DNA of 64,000 nt from Marine Group II euryarchaeote MED-G37 (GCA_002457555.1 NTJQ01000003.1:43754-107753), one strand, 5' to 3'. Counted from the first letter of the stretch, positions 9,424 to 18,999 are shown. Made by a program: numbers and translations. Notes: generated from the letters alone by a model not told the origin.

Positions 9424-12400
9424 ACCTCATCCTCGCCGTATTCATCGCGTAATTCTTCGATACTCATTCCTTTATCCAATAGGGATTGAACCTGGTCTCG
9501 ATCAAGTTTTTCGAAGCCAAAGCCATCTAAAACAATCCGACCGTGTACTCCATCATCTCTACCCTCTGTCAACTCCCTCGTGTCTTCGGATGTATCATCG
9601 AATCGAGTGCCTTTGAGAATAGCTTGTTCAGCATTAACATCATCGAATCGATAACCGGAATCGTCGATTAGTCGAGAATCGGTTTTTGTACCGGGTCTCC
9701 TTACCATTGTTAGTCCCGCACCAACTAAAGAAATCGCTGCAATTACTGTCAGTGTCAATAGAAATTTTGCCCCCGGGGTAGAAAGTGGGTCATCTCGAAC
9801 ATTGTCCTCTATCCACCCTCCATTTTCTCCATCATTGTTTTGTTCATCACTGACATTGGTATTGTTTCCTTCACCATTGTTGTTGTCGATGATTTCTTCT
9901 TCATCGCACCCAAATTGTATGCCATCAGGTATCCCGTTATCATCAACATCATTGGAATTCATGGCAACTACTGGAGACCGTCCTAATGATTGAGCAAATT
10001 CAGCTTCCTCGCCATCTAGAATACAATCGTCATCCGTGTCATTGTCATTTGGATCACCTCCCCAAAGGTACTCATTCAGATTATTCAAACCATCTTCGTC
10101 TAAATCTAGTGATTGCTCGCTTAGAGCGGTTCCAAGTATTGCTGCAGAATGCCGATTCAAACCGTATTGAATCTCCCACATATCTGGTAGAAGATCTCCA
10201 TCTGAATCTGTGGTTGTGTCAAGACGAGACCAATCCTCATCGAATGATTGCAAATACTCAGAGGCAAGTTCTTGTCCATGAATTAACACTCCCATTTCTC
10301 TATTTCTCAATGCGGCGCTTGAACCCCAATTCATGCTTCCAATAAGAACGCTCTCCCCATCAATTATTGCACCCTTGTTGTGAAGTTTGGTAATTGTGTC
10401 TGACCAAGCCATGAGTCGTGCTGTGACATCAAGGCCTTCGGTTGCATTCCAATTTGTATTGAATAGGTTCACCGCATCCCTAATTTCATCATCCACATCG
10501 GCATAAAAGCCATTCAATAGTAAGCGGACTTGGACTCCTCTCTGAGCTGCTTGGTAGATTGCTTCGATAATTGGATTATCACCGAATCCCCAATACCAAT
10601 CTAAGTCTAAATATTGCAATGAGAGTTCAATGGTCGAATCCGCCGATTCAATCATTTCGATTATTCCATCTACACAATCGTCTGGACATGTCATCAATTG
10701 CATTTCGAAAGGTCCAGAATATAACTGAGTACTAGTTTCTTGAAATGAGCCACCATTGGCATCTTCCATTTCCCAATCGAAAGTTGGTGCATGATTGGAT
10801 GAGTGTGGTGATATGTGCAGGTGGTTTTCATTTTCGTCCCATGATAGACGAGATAGAACCAATTCAGCAAATGAATTTGAATTGACAATTACTGACCACT
10901 CTCGATTCCCAACCCCATCTGGAGGTAGGCTTGTATCCTTCCAATTTCCTGATGAAATCCATACACTTTCCGTATCCCTCACAGCAACCTTGCTGTGGAT
11001 ATAAGAATATGGAGAACTAATCAAACTCGGGTCTTCCATCCAGAGAACGGTTGCTCCTGCATCATGGAGAGTTTGAGCGTGTCCTTTTTGTTTATTTTTG
11101 GTGCTACTTCCATCTAGTATACCTTCTTCTAGAAGAATTGTTACAGAAACACCTCGGTTAATTGATTCTAGTAATGCGGTCGTCAGGTCTGGACTCATAA
11201 ACTGGTAGACATGTAGATGAATCGATGTTTCTGCCCCCCCAATCCAATGCATCAAGTCATTGAACGAAGTGTCTGGGCCGATTGAAGCTGAGACAGTCGA
11301 GGATTCTTCTAAGGTGATTTTTCCTCCATCACAGAATGTAGAAGCTCCAATTCTAATCCATCTATACTCCCAATCTTCCCCTGTGTTTGTGTCTGGATTA
11401 TCTCCACACCCAGATCCACGCATCAAAATCAACCCCGGAGTTCCATCCCCTGGTACTGAAATAGCGCCGCCATTCCAACCCTCGATTTCAGCATCGCCGC
11501 CTCCGTATACAACCGCATCAACCACAGTTCCATTTGGAGATTTTAGTTGGAGAGCGCTTCCTGAATCGACAAGCCAAGGCATATTGTTCATCACAACATT
11601 CCCATCAATGGCAGATATGCCTCCATCCAAAAATAGGTTGTCCGGATTTTCGGTTAGAACAATCGACCCTCCTGCAGGTATCAATAGTTCGTTGAATGTT
11701 GATATCCAGGGTGTTGTGGACCTAATGCGTTCTATGGTCCAGCCAGTTAAATTTACAACTTCATTACCCAAATTACTCAATTCAAACCAATCGTTATCCC
11801 GGTTAGGTACTTCACCCGGCATAAGACGAGTGAACTTGACATCATATTTTCCATTCCATTCTGAAGGTTGTAAATCAGTAGGTGTTTCTGGATTATTTTC
11901 GTCATCCGAACCTCCAATATTTTGGCTTCCTGGGGTTGATTGTTCTGAGTCAATCCACTCCGCGCTTCCGTTAGATGGTATTTTGGAAATTCCATTTGAC
12001 GCTTGCCCTGTGGTTACTTCGTCAACTACACCACCTTGTTCATCTGTCAGGAAAATAGTCTCTCCAGCGTTGTTTATTCTTAGAGTTCCAATTTCATTTT
12101 CAGCAATAACTGCGTATGCTCCTGCTTCGATGTGATAAGGCGTAGTTAAATCACTAAATCCTACCCAACTAGTTTCATTGATTGGATGTGTCCATCCGCC
12201 AATATCGACAATTGTCCAGCCCTCAAGACTCACAGAACTAGACCCGGTATTGAACAACTCAACCCATTCACCCTGAGGAAAGATTCCTTGATCTGAGCCA
12301 TCCGCATTAGGCATTATTTCGTTAATACAAACTACGCATGAGGAATTTTTTATGGCCTCTCGATTTTCTTTAGAATCATCGATTTGTAGAATTTGAGAGG

Positions 12401-12467
12401 AGCCTAGTACACTTAGTGTCAATACTGCAATGATGACTACTGCTAGCCTTGCGGGACCCCTTTCCAT
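9420..12467 (-). CDS. Membrane-anchored phospholipase D-superfamily protein with two lamin-tail domains
   Basis: Signal peptide. LTD motifs INEIMPN..GEWVELFN and TRLMPGE..DWFELSN. Two HKD motifs, HSKVAVRD(..SGNW..NRE) and HNKGAIID(..GSMNW..NRE). DxDGD repeats, C-terminal TM and acidic tail. Confidence 0.88.
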   Translation of the reverse strand: MERGPARLAVVIIAVLTLSVLGSSQILQIDDSKENREAIKNSSCVVCINEIMPNADGSDQGIFPQGEWVELFNTGSSSVSLEGWTIVDIGGWTHPINETSWVGFSDLTTPYHIEAGAYAVIAENEIGTLRINNAGETIFLTDEQGGVVDEVTTGQASNGISKIPSNGSAEWIDSEQSTPGSQNIGGSDDENNPETPTDLQPSEWNGKYDVKFTRLMPGEVPNRDNDWFELSNLGNEVVNLTGWTIERIRSTTPWISTFNELLIPAGGSIVLTENPDNLFLDGGISAIDGNVVMNNMPWLVDSGSALQLKSPNGTVVDAVVYGGGDAEIEGWNGGAISVPGDGTPGLILMRGSGCGDNPDTNTGEDWEYRWIRIGASTFCDGGKITLEESSTVSASIGPDTSFNDLMHWIGGAETSIHLHVYQFMSPDLTTALLESINRGVSVTILLEEGILDGSSTKNKQKGHAQTLHDAGATVLWMEDPSLISSPYSYIHSKVAVRDTESVWISSGNWKDTSLPPDGVGNREWSVIVNSNSFAELVLSRLSWDENENHLHISPHSSNHAPTFDWEMEDANGGSFQETSTQLYSGPFEMQLMTCPDDCVDGIIEMIESADSTIELSLQYLDLDWYWGFGDNPIIEAIYQAAQRGVQVRLLLNGFYADVDDEIRDAVNLFNTNWNATEGLDVTARLMAWSDTITKLHNKGAIIDGESVLIGSMNWGSSAALRNREMGVLIHGQELASEYLQSFDEDWSRLDTTTDSDGDLLPDMWEIQYGLNRHSAAILGTALSEQSLDLDEDGLNNLNEYLWGGDPNDNDTDDDCILDGEEAEFAQSLGRSPVVAMNSNDVDDNGIPDGIQFGCDEEEIIDNNNGEGNNTNVSDEQNNDGENGGWIEDNVRDDPLSTPGAKFLLTLTVIAAISLVGAGLTMVRRPGTKTDSRLIDDSGYRFDDVNAEQAILKGTRFDDTSEDTRELTEGRDDGVHGRIVLDGFGFEKLDRDQVQSLLDKGMSIEELRDEYGEDEV

Positions 12468-12518
12468 TAGACTTACGTCCAGTGTTCAGCGGTTGAACCC
12501 TTCGCGCAAGCGCGCCCA

Positions 12519-12537
12519 CGGCTGGCTTTGCCAGCCG
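12519..12537. repeat. GC-rich perfect palindrome (8-bp arms, 3-nt loop)
   Basis: CGGCTGGC-TTT-GCCAGCCG. Confidence 0.8.
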
Positions 12538-12552
12538 GAGTATAGGGTAGCC

Positions 12553-15297
12553 TCAATCTTCGTCTTTTGATACAGCAATCGGTCCCATGCCGCCGAATGC
12601 CAGAGCTCCCACAGCAATCATAGCTATGCTTGCAACATACAATACTGCAGTCACAGAATCAATTACAGCTGTGCCTTCTAATTCACAATCCCCACTGCCG
12701 CCGAAATCAGTCCAGTACATTGGTTCCATGTTATCCAGAACCCGACACTGGAAGGTTTCAGCATCTTCATCTGCAATTTCCGAGAAAGTATGAATCTCGA
12801 AAACCGGATGTGTGTCTACACCCATCTCAGGATTTAGCATTCCAGGACCTCTTAGGTCTAGGTGGAACATAGAGACAGATTTCCCGTACATCGCTACTTG
12901 GGTAACTGGCTCTACCTTGATATCCACATTTGAACCAAAGTATACAGGTAATGCACCTGGAAGTACATCAACAAAGGATGCAGACCCAATTAACTTGGCT
13001 TGTATTTGGTTTTGTGAAGGATCTAGGTTTACTGTGTGTGCCCTCATTTCAATTCCCTTGTATGTTTCCATGTCTCCAGGTACTGATTCCGCCATTGCGT
13101 ATCCTACAAGATTCACCCTAAACGGGTCATCACTATCTGCGACACCACCTACTGCCCCAGCTACTACGGTATTTTCGTTACCGACGTGGGCGGATAGTAA
13201 TCCAAGAGTGGAAGTTTCTCGGTGTGGTGCCCTCCATGGTAGATGCTCTGTAAATCCATACAATTCACCTTCTTCACAGGGATACATGCCACTTGAATCA
13301 GCATCTGCCATTGTACCATCGGAATTTAATTTGAAATCACAAAATCCATTTCCATCGGAGTTGATGTAACCTTGAAGCAATCTTTGTCCCATATTGTCTC
13401 CTTTTGTACTTGCGATATATACATCATAATCTCCAGTGGTAACGCTATCTGAGCCGAAATATGTTTCATTTGTTTCGAGGCTTACCCAACCTAGGGCCAT
13501 ATTGTCAGGTTGTTCGTAAACAACATCGGCCACGATAATATCTCTCCAGCCAAACAACCAGTTATCGACTGGCTGCGTGATGTAAGCAGAACCGCCGTAT
13601 TGGAAGCCCAATAGCGCGCCAATAACTTGGTCGAACATGAAGTCTGCAACCCAACTACGGACCGCAACGGCGTCACTTTCCGAGATATCATACAATCCAG
13701 CCACATACGCATCATTCCAATCGGTTGTTTCCGCCCCTTCTTCTGCAGGCAGGGTACTTCCCGATAATTCTCCATACATGAAAATACTAGCAAAATCAGA
13801 AGTCAATGCATAAGGAGATGTGTAGAGGATTTCAGTCACCTTAGCAACATCCATATCAATCGTACCTTCGAATTCAGCTCTGTTCAAGCCAATGGGTATG
13901 TAACCACCAGCAATAGGCTCTTCACCTCCGAAGGAAATTTGCCACCAATCATCAGCATTCAGTGTACCTTGTCCACCCGCAAGAATCATCTCAAATTCAG
14001 TTGGAGTACCAACCATCCCTATCCATTCACCGGCATAGTCAGACAATCCCAACAACTGTGTTAGTCCAATACCATATGTTGTCATTGTACCAAATAGGTC
14101 ACCTTGTGCGCCTAATAGGAAGAGGGCGATTCCATTTAGTGGGATGCCACTGTAGTCCGAAACCGAAAGAAGTCCGTTTGGAATTTCAGCGTCGGGTGTT
14201 CCAAAAATTACACCATTCAAGACATCTGGGTTGGTAATGTCAACTCCACTGACTTCGTTCAATCTCTCTCGTAGGTTGTCTACTTGGGTCAAATCAGCCA
14301 TACCTCCGGCGGATAGGAATTCTTGTCCAGCAAGTGCATAAACAGCCCAGTCCATGTGAGTTAACTCAACAGGATCCGTAGAACCATATCCAAGAAGTGC
14401 TGCACGCATTGGAGTGACCGTTTCGCTTGGTTCTCCCATGCCCGCAATCAGCATAGGTCCTATTTCACAAGTTAATGCAATACAAATTCCCGTTGAAGGG
14501 TCAACTGCTGTGTGAAGGATTGAATCTGCTGAGAGGGAGAAATCTGGATCCATTACACCCATTCCAGAGGAAGAATTCCAATTATCATATACTAGGTCTA
14601 GAATAACAGGGGCGGCTATTGCTGCTGCTGTTGATTCATTGTAACCTGCATCTTGTAGTGCATTCTCATACTCAGTGACCATGCCGTCTATTGATTCAGC
14701 CGCCCAAATCGAAGGGGCCCTGTTTTGCAAATCATTGGCAATCATGTTGTTAGCGAATCCCGCCTTAGCAAACACTTCTCCATAGATGATTCCAGTTGAA
14801 ATCCCCGCAATTCTTTGTGTATTCCAAAGGATGTTAACTTGAGTTATTTCGGTTGAACCTGGTACAGAGTTGTGTGAATCTCCATTTTCATCTATCCAAG
14901 CACAGTTCTCGCACCACTCAAAACTATCATATTCAGAATAAGTTATCTCACCAGCATCGTAATCGAAATCTAGGATTTCTCTGGTTGTAGTAACCTCATA
15001 GATGAAAGGACCCATTTTCGTAAATTCATGTGCTTCACCTGCATCTACCCCATCCGGGTTATCAAGAGAGTATGCAAAGTAAACTCTCTCAGAGGTCGAA
15101 ATAAGCCATTCGTCGTCATAATCTGCAGTGTAGTTTTCGTTTCCGTCGTCATCATAGCCATCATAGCCATCGGCTACAACATCCTGAACTCCAGCCTCAA
15201 CTTGCCCTGCTACGAAGGGCGCTAATGCTAGGAAATTAATTGCTATTAGCATAAGTCCGGTTGTTACTATTACACTTGCCTTTTGTTGGTTGTCCAT
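12553..15297 (-). CDS. CD36/LIMP-2/SR-BI (scavenger receptor class B)-like two-TM membrane protein
   Basis: N- and C-terminal TM helices. Ordered motifs W..(YF).Y.LDNP, MGPFIYE, ITQVNI, ITQPVDNWLFGWRD, ETYKGI, DIKVEPVT, HPVFEIHTFSEIADEDAETF. RBS GAGTGAT at 15301-15307 (minus). Confidence 0.7.
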   Translation of the reverse strand: MDNQQKASVIVTTGLMLIAINFLALAPFVAGQVEAGVQDVVADGYDGYDDDGNENYTADYDDEWLISTSERVYFAYSLDNPDGVDAGEAHEFTKMGPFIYEVTTTREILDFDYDAGEITYSEYDSFEWCENCAWIDENGDSHNSVPGSTEITQVNILWNTQRIAGISTGIIYGEVFAKAGFANNMIANDLQNRAPSIWAAESIDGMVTEYENALQDAGYNESTAAAIAAPVILDLVYDNWNSSSGMGVMDPDFSLSADSILHTAVDPSTGICIALTCEIGPMLIAGMGEPSETVTPMRAALLGYGSTDPVELTHMDWAVYALAGQEFLSAGGMADLTQVDNLRERLNEVSGVDITNPDVLNGVIFGTPDAEIPNGLLSVSDYSGIPLNGIALFLLGAQGDLFGTMTTYGIGLTQLLGLSDYAGEWIGMVGTPTEFEMILAGGQGTLNADDWWQISFGGEEPIAGGYIPIGLNRAEFEGTIDMDVAKVTEILYTSPYALTSDFASIFMYGELSGSTLPAEEGAETTDWNDAYVAGLYDISESDAVAVRSWVADFMFDQVIGALLGFQYGGSAYITQPVDNWLFGWRDIIVADVVYEQPDNMALGWVSLETNETYFGSDSVTTGDYDVYIASTKGDNMGQRLLQGYINSDGNGFCDFKLNSDGTMADADSSGMYPCEEGELYGFTEHLPWRAPHRETSTLGLLSAHVGNENTVVAGAVGGVADSDDPFRVNLVGYAMAESVPGDMETYKGIEMRAHTVNLDPSQNQIQAKLIGSASFVDVLPGALPVYFGSNVDIKVEPVTQVAMYGKSVSMFHLDLRGPGMLNPEMGVDTHPVFEIHTFSEIADEDAETFQCRVLDNMEPMYWTDFGGSGDCELEGTAVIDSVTAVLYVASIAMIAVGALAFGGMGPIAVSKDED

Positions 15298-15404
15298 TGT
15301 ATCACTCTAACAGTCGACGTGCGCGGTAAGGAAATAAGCGATTCTATTCCCATGTTACCTAGTGTTAGTAAGTACACCGACCTGATTCGGCTAAATTATT
15401 TAAT

Positions 15405-17060
15405 TCAAGCAAAGCCAAATGCATCTAATTCTCTAGCGAAGGTGTAAATCATGATAGGCACTAGAATAACTCCCATTCCATGTGACCTTCGTATTCCAAT
15501 TCTAGGTGCCATAAGTCCGATCATGGTTCCAATAACTAAAGTTCCGACTCCAATCCAATCTGTTGAAATCCAAACTAAAATTGTAATGAAGGCACTTACC
15601 GAAATCACTAGGTTTCTGAGAGGGACCAATTCGTGCATTTTCAACATACCCTTTCCAACCTCAATCATTACCGGAACAGCAAATAATCCCGAGGCTACAG
15701 TAATAGCCAGAAGTCTAACGAAATCTGCAGGTGGTTCTACAGCATTCCACATATCGATTGGATACATCATATTGAGTGCTAATGCCGCTCCAGACCGAGG
15801 TCTTCCTACCATGTATAAGAAGCCTAGAACCATCACTGTAACAGCGGTGTTGACTGAGGACAGAATTGCAATAATTTCCAAGTCTCTTTGTTGGTTATTG
15901 TTCACTAAATCTAAGTCGGGTGTGGCGCCTGCTTCGGAAAGAGCCTCTTGGAATAACAAACGGTCATCTTCCGCTAGGTCTTCCATACCCTCAAACACCA
16001 TCATTTGGGGCATCTGTTCAAATCCAGGCTGAGTTCCGTGCTCGAAGTCTGCTGGTATGTAATTTGGATCGGTCAATTTACCCCAAAAGTTTCGAGCGCT
16101 CATAACCACGACAGTTGCCTGAGCAGCGGTCATCCCGGGAAGGATAGCCATTACTGAGGATACAACTGCTGAAAGGAATGTTGGAACTGCCAGGGGTTTA
16201 GGATCAGGCATTTCCCAATTTTGTTCTTGTGGAGGAATCTCACTTGTTGTTACATAGATGTCAATTAGGTTTGCAATTCCGAATAATCCCGCCAAGCTTG
16301 GGAATAGTAGTGAGGCGGATGGAATTCCGACGGGAGATCGAGCAGGTAACTCGAATACAGCCCATCCATAAAATCCAGTGAGTAAGAAATAGGCTGTAGC
16401 GACTAGTATTCCAGCGGCCCTCGAGCTTTCTCCAAGTCGGAAGTCGATTGCATCATATCGTCTTCGAATACTGAGTCGCCCCATCGGTATCGTAAATTCG
16501 AATGGTTTTTTCAATGGCCATTTCAGTCTCTGAGTTATTTTTTGTGACCATACTGGCCATGGCAATCGAGTAGTCTCAGTCAAAATTAGGAATATAGAAA
16601 TGAATAGTAGAAGCCATGGTAATTGTTCACGGCTGGCTTCATACAAACCTAATCCGGGGTTTTCACCGAAAAGCAAGCGCGCGACAATCAGTAGAGGGAT
16701 GGACATCAGCATACCCATTTGCGAGCCGCGAGCGGAATATGCAACACCTTGAGCAGCTTGGCCCGAAATCAACATCCTGTGGCCTGGAAGTAATGCAAGT
16801 GCCATGTTGTCGTCAGGTGCCCCAACTAATGCACTTGGAATGTAATTCAGGAATGTGTGGACAGTTCCACAGGCGACGATAATTCCTGCAACCGCATCTA
16901 GAGGAATTCCTATCCCCACCGCAACAGGAGAAAGTGACAAGGCAATCAAAGCAACGTTATTGACGTGGAATCCCGGAATCAAGCCGGTTAAACAACCAAG
17001 GAATATTCCGAATATGAATGACCCGATTAACCAACCAAAATCGATTAACCAGGGGTCCAT
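15405..17060 (-). CDS. Archaeal TctA-like (DUF112/COG1784) transporter permease
   Basis: GCLTGLIPGFHVN, HTFLNYIPSALVGAPD, LLPGHRML, GLFGIANL, ILPGMTAAQA, GRPRSG, GIRRSHGMG. RBS GAGGTG upstream. Confidence 0.85.
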   Translation of the reverse strand: MDPWLIDFGWLIGSFIFGIFLGCLTGLIPGFHVNNVALIALSLSPVAVGIGIPLDAVAGIIVACGTVHTFLNYIPSALVGAPDDNMALALLPGHRMLISGQAAQGVAYSARGSQMGMLMSIPLLIVARLLFGENPGLGLYEASREQLPWLLLFISIFLILTETTRLPWPVWSQKITQRLKWPLKKPFEFTIPMGRLSIRRRYDAIDFRLGESSRAAGILVATAYFLLTGFYGWAVFELPARSPVGIPSASLLFPSLAGLFGIANLIDIYVTTSEIPPQEQNWEMPDPKPLAVPTFLSAVVSSVMAILPGMTAAQATVVVMSARNFWGKLTDPNYIPADFEHGTQPGFEQMPQMMVFEGMEDLAEDDRLLFQEALSEAGATPDLDLVNNNQQRDLEIIAILSSVNTAVTVMVLGFLYMVGRPRSGAALALNMMYPIDMWNAVEPPADFVRLLAITVASGLFAVPVMIEVGKGMLKMHELVPLRNLVISVSAFITILVWISTDWIGVGTLVIGTMIGLMAPRIGIRRSHGMGVILVPIMIYTFARELDAFGFA

Positions 17061-17069
17061 CTAAACACC

Positions 17070-18623
17070 TCATCTGATATCTATACAGAATTGCATTGTA
17101 TTATCGACAGAATCTTCGGTGGTTGATAATCTGCCTGTCCAATCAAGAGGTCCCTGCCCCTCAGTTTGGCTAGACTCAGTGCCGTCTCCTAGTAAACAGA
17201 CACTTTCGTCTGAACCGGATCTCTGAATCCACTGGTTACCATCCTCGTCCATAATTGCCTCCCCGTTAATAACCACAAGTTTTCCAATATCCCATTTCCA
17301 TGAATTGTAACCATCTCCCCAGTTTAGAGTAGTTGGTGCTGGTGCTTGACCGAGAGTCCAAGAACGAGCTTCAAGAATCACTCGCCCCTCGCTTTCTGAC
17401 CAAATTATTGTAGCATTGAAGCGGATTGATTGACCACCCTCAATATATTCTGCGTGCTCACCGATTAGATGTATTCTGAGTTTGGTTTGCCTAGAGAAGT
17501 AATCTGCACCGTCTCCAACATATCCTTTGTCATAATCTGGAGATATAGGGTCTGTAATCCATCCTTCAAATGTATGATTCTGATTTAGATAATCAAATGG
17601 ATTCTCAGCAACATCGAGTAGTGGCGTTACATCATCTCCAAAGTTGCCAGCAGCATTTTCGGCTGAGTATCCGTCAAGCCTTAGACAAATGGTTGCTTCA
17701 TCCGTAGACCAAATTAATCGTCCAAACCATTTTTGTTCAACACCCTCTAATCCCTCATCTACAACATCCTCTGAAGGCAATAAACAAAGTCGGTCTGTAG
17801 GTGAATTTCCAATTAACCACCAGCTACCTGATGATTGAGTTGATGTTCCATCTATTGATACGTTCTTACCAACTTCATAGGTCAACGTGTAGGGTTCTAA
17901 TTCCCAAGATAAGTCAACAACCGATCCTTCGTTAAGAACTTCTATGGCAGTTGCTTGCACAAGTAACCTCCAACGTAGAGAACGTTGGTCATATTGTAAC
18001 CAACCAGATATTTCCACATGACTTCCGGCTTCAATCCAATCTATTACTCGCCCCTCCACTTGCATATACAATAAATGGTCTGCGTTACCATAAGAGGGGT
18101 TATCCATAAGACTCAATGAATGATATGTTACATCAGGCTCAAGAGGTTCGGACAAATAGCCGTCTACTTTTACAGACATGTTGGCAAATTCTTGAGGATT
18201 CATTGCAACTTCGACTAATTGCATAGCGGTATATTCTACGGAGTCGCAATCCGAATCAGCACATTCTATAGCGCCGTATCCATTGGATGACAACCAAATC
18301 CGACCGTTCCATTCAGTCACTTCTCCTTCGACAGTAATTATCGTTCCAATTGGAGGGATATTGTTATCTCTGTCTACAAACCATCGAACTTCGACTACTG
18401 AGTGGCCATCAACTTCTCGAACTTGCAAATCTATCCTGTCTGCCTGTTCACCGTAAGGGTCTACAACGAAACTGGTCAGCACCCCTTTGACCTTGACGGT
18501 CTCTCTTGGATATTCGTGAATTTCATCTATGTCGATAAAATCCGGCTCACGGATTACCGCGTAGAAATTCATTGTTGATACTAGCAAAAGAGATGTGAAG
18601 AACATCACCCAGAGCTTCGCCAT
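17070..18623 (-). CDS. N-terminally membrane-anchored multi-OB-fold protein
   Basis: One N-terminal TM, then repeated OB-like units (e.g. ETVKVKGV...GTIITVEGEVTEWNGRIWL; NMSVKVDGY...GSHVEISGWL). ATG 18623 has a TTCAAG box at -29. Confidence 0.6.
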   Translation of the reverse strand: MAKLWVMFFTSLLLVSTMNFYAVIREPDFIDIDEIHEYPRETVKVKGVLTSFVVDPYGEQADRIDLQVREVDGHSVVEVRWFVDRDNNIPPIGTIITVEGEVTEWNGRIWLSSNGYGAIECADSDCDSVEYTAMQLVEVAMNPQEFANMSVKVDGYLSEPLEPDVTYHSLSLMDNPSYGNADHLLYMQVEGRVIDWIEAGSHVEISGWLQYDQRSLRWRLLVQATAIEVLNEGSVVDLSWELEPYTLTYEVGKNVSIDGTSTQSSGSWWLIGNSPTDRLCLLPSEDVVDEGLEGVEQKWFGRLIWSTDEATICLRLDGYSAENAAGNFGDDVTPLLDVAENPFDYLNQNHTFEGWITDPISPDYDKGYVGDGADYFSRQTKLRIHLIGEHAEYIEGGQSIRFNATIIWSESEGRVILEARSWTLGQAPAPTTLNWGDGYNSWKWDIGKLVVINGEAIMDEDGNQWIQRSGSDESVCLLGDGTESSQTEGQGPLDWTGRLSTTEDSVDNTMQFCIDIR

Positions 18624-18777
18624 GAGTCCCGGATAGGTTTCTAATGCTTGAATATTCACTGAAGGCTAGCAGAGATTTTCGATCAAAATTCAGCTTCATC
18701 GGGTACTTTACAGGACCGAATTTCTCTCGCATCAAGAGAATAAGGTTCATCTCGCAGTTATTGTCGAGTGATGAGCA

Positions 18778-18854
18778 GGACCCGTAGCTCAGTTGGTTAG
18801 AGCGCTCGGCTCATAACCGAGTGGCCATCGGTTCAAATCCGGTCGGGTCCACCA
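18778..18854 (+). tRNA. tRNA with CAT anticodon, most likely tRNA-Ile2 (agmatidine-type); CCA encoded
   Basis: Full cloverleaf: acceptor GGACCCG/CGGGTCC, D arm GCTC..GAGC, anticodon arm CTCGG-CTCATAA-CCGAG, T loop TTCAAAT, then A-CCA. It lacks the initiator A1-U72 pair and the GGG/CCC anticodon stem. The sequence resembles archaeal Ile2 tRNAs. Confidence 0.93.
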
Positions 18855-18999
18855 AAATCTCCTTCTTTGAATCGTCTATTTCGAGCAAAAATACCAGAAA
18901 ACTATCACAGATTCAAATTAGAATAAGTGGCTAAAAATTGCAATACAGCGAAGCCAACGGTGCTAACCCCTAAATACGGCCTAAGTCGGCCAGAAGATG

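Noticed and set aside
11260-12135. 291-aa plus-strand ORF, and similar long antisense ORFs (e.g. 9062-9616, 15451-16032, 61642-62250)
   Set aside because: They overlap motif-supported genes on the opposite strand, have Ser/Pro/Ile-biased composition and show no motifs.
18778-18854. Calling the CAT tRNA Met or initiator Met
   Set aside because: It lacks A1-U72 and the three consecutive G-C anticodon-stem pairs. The sequence fits archaeal Ile2 better, though elongator Met cannot be fully excluded by eye.
18778-18996. tRNA as an integration site for a mobile element
   Set aside because: I saw no integrase, no duplicated tRNA 3' end in the window and no change in gene character.
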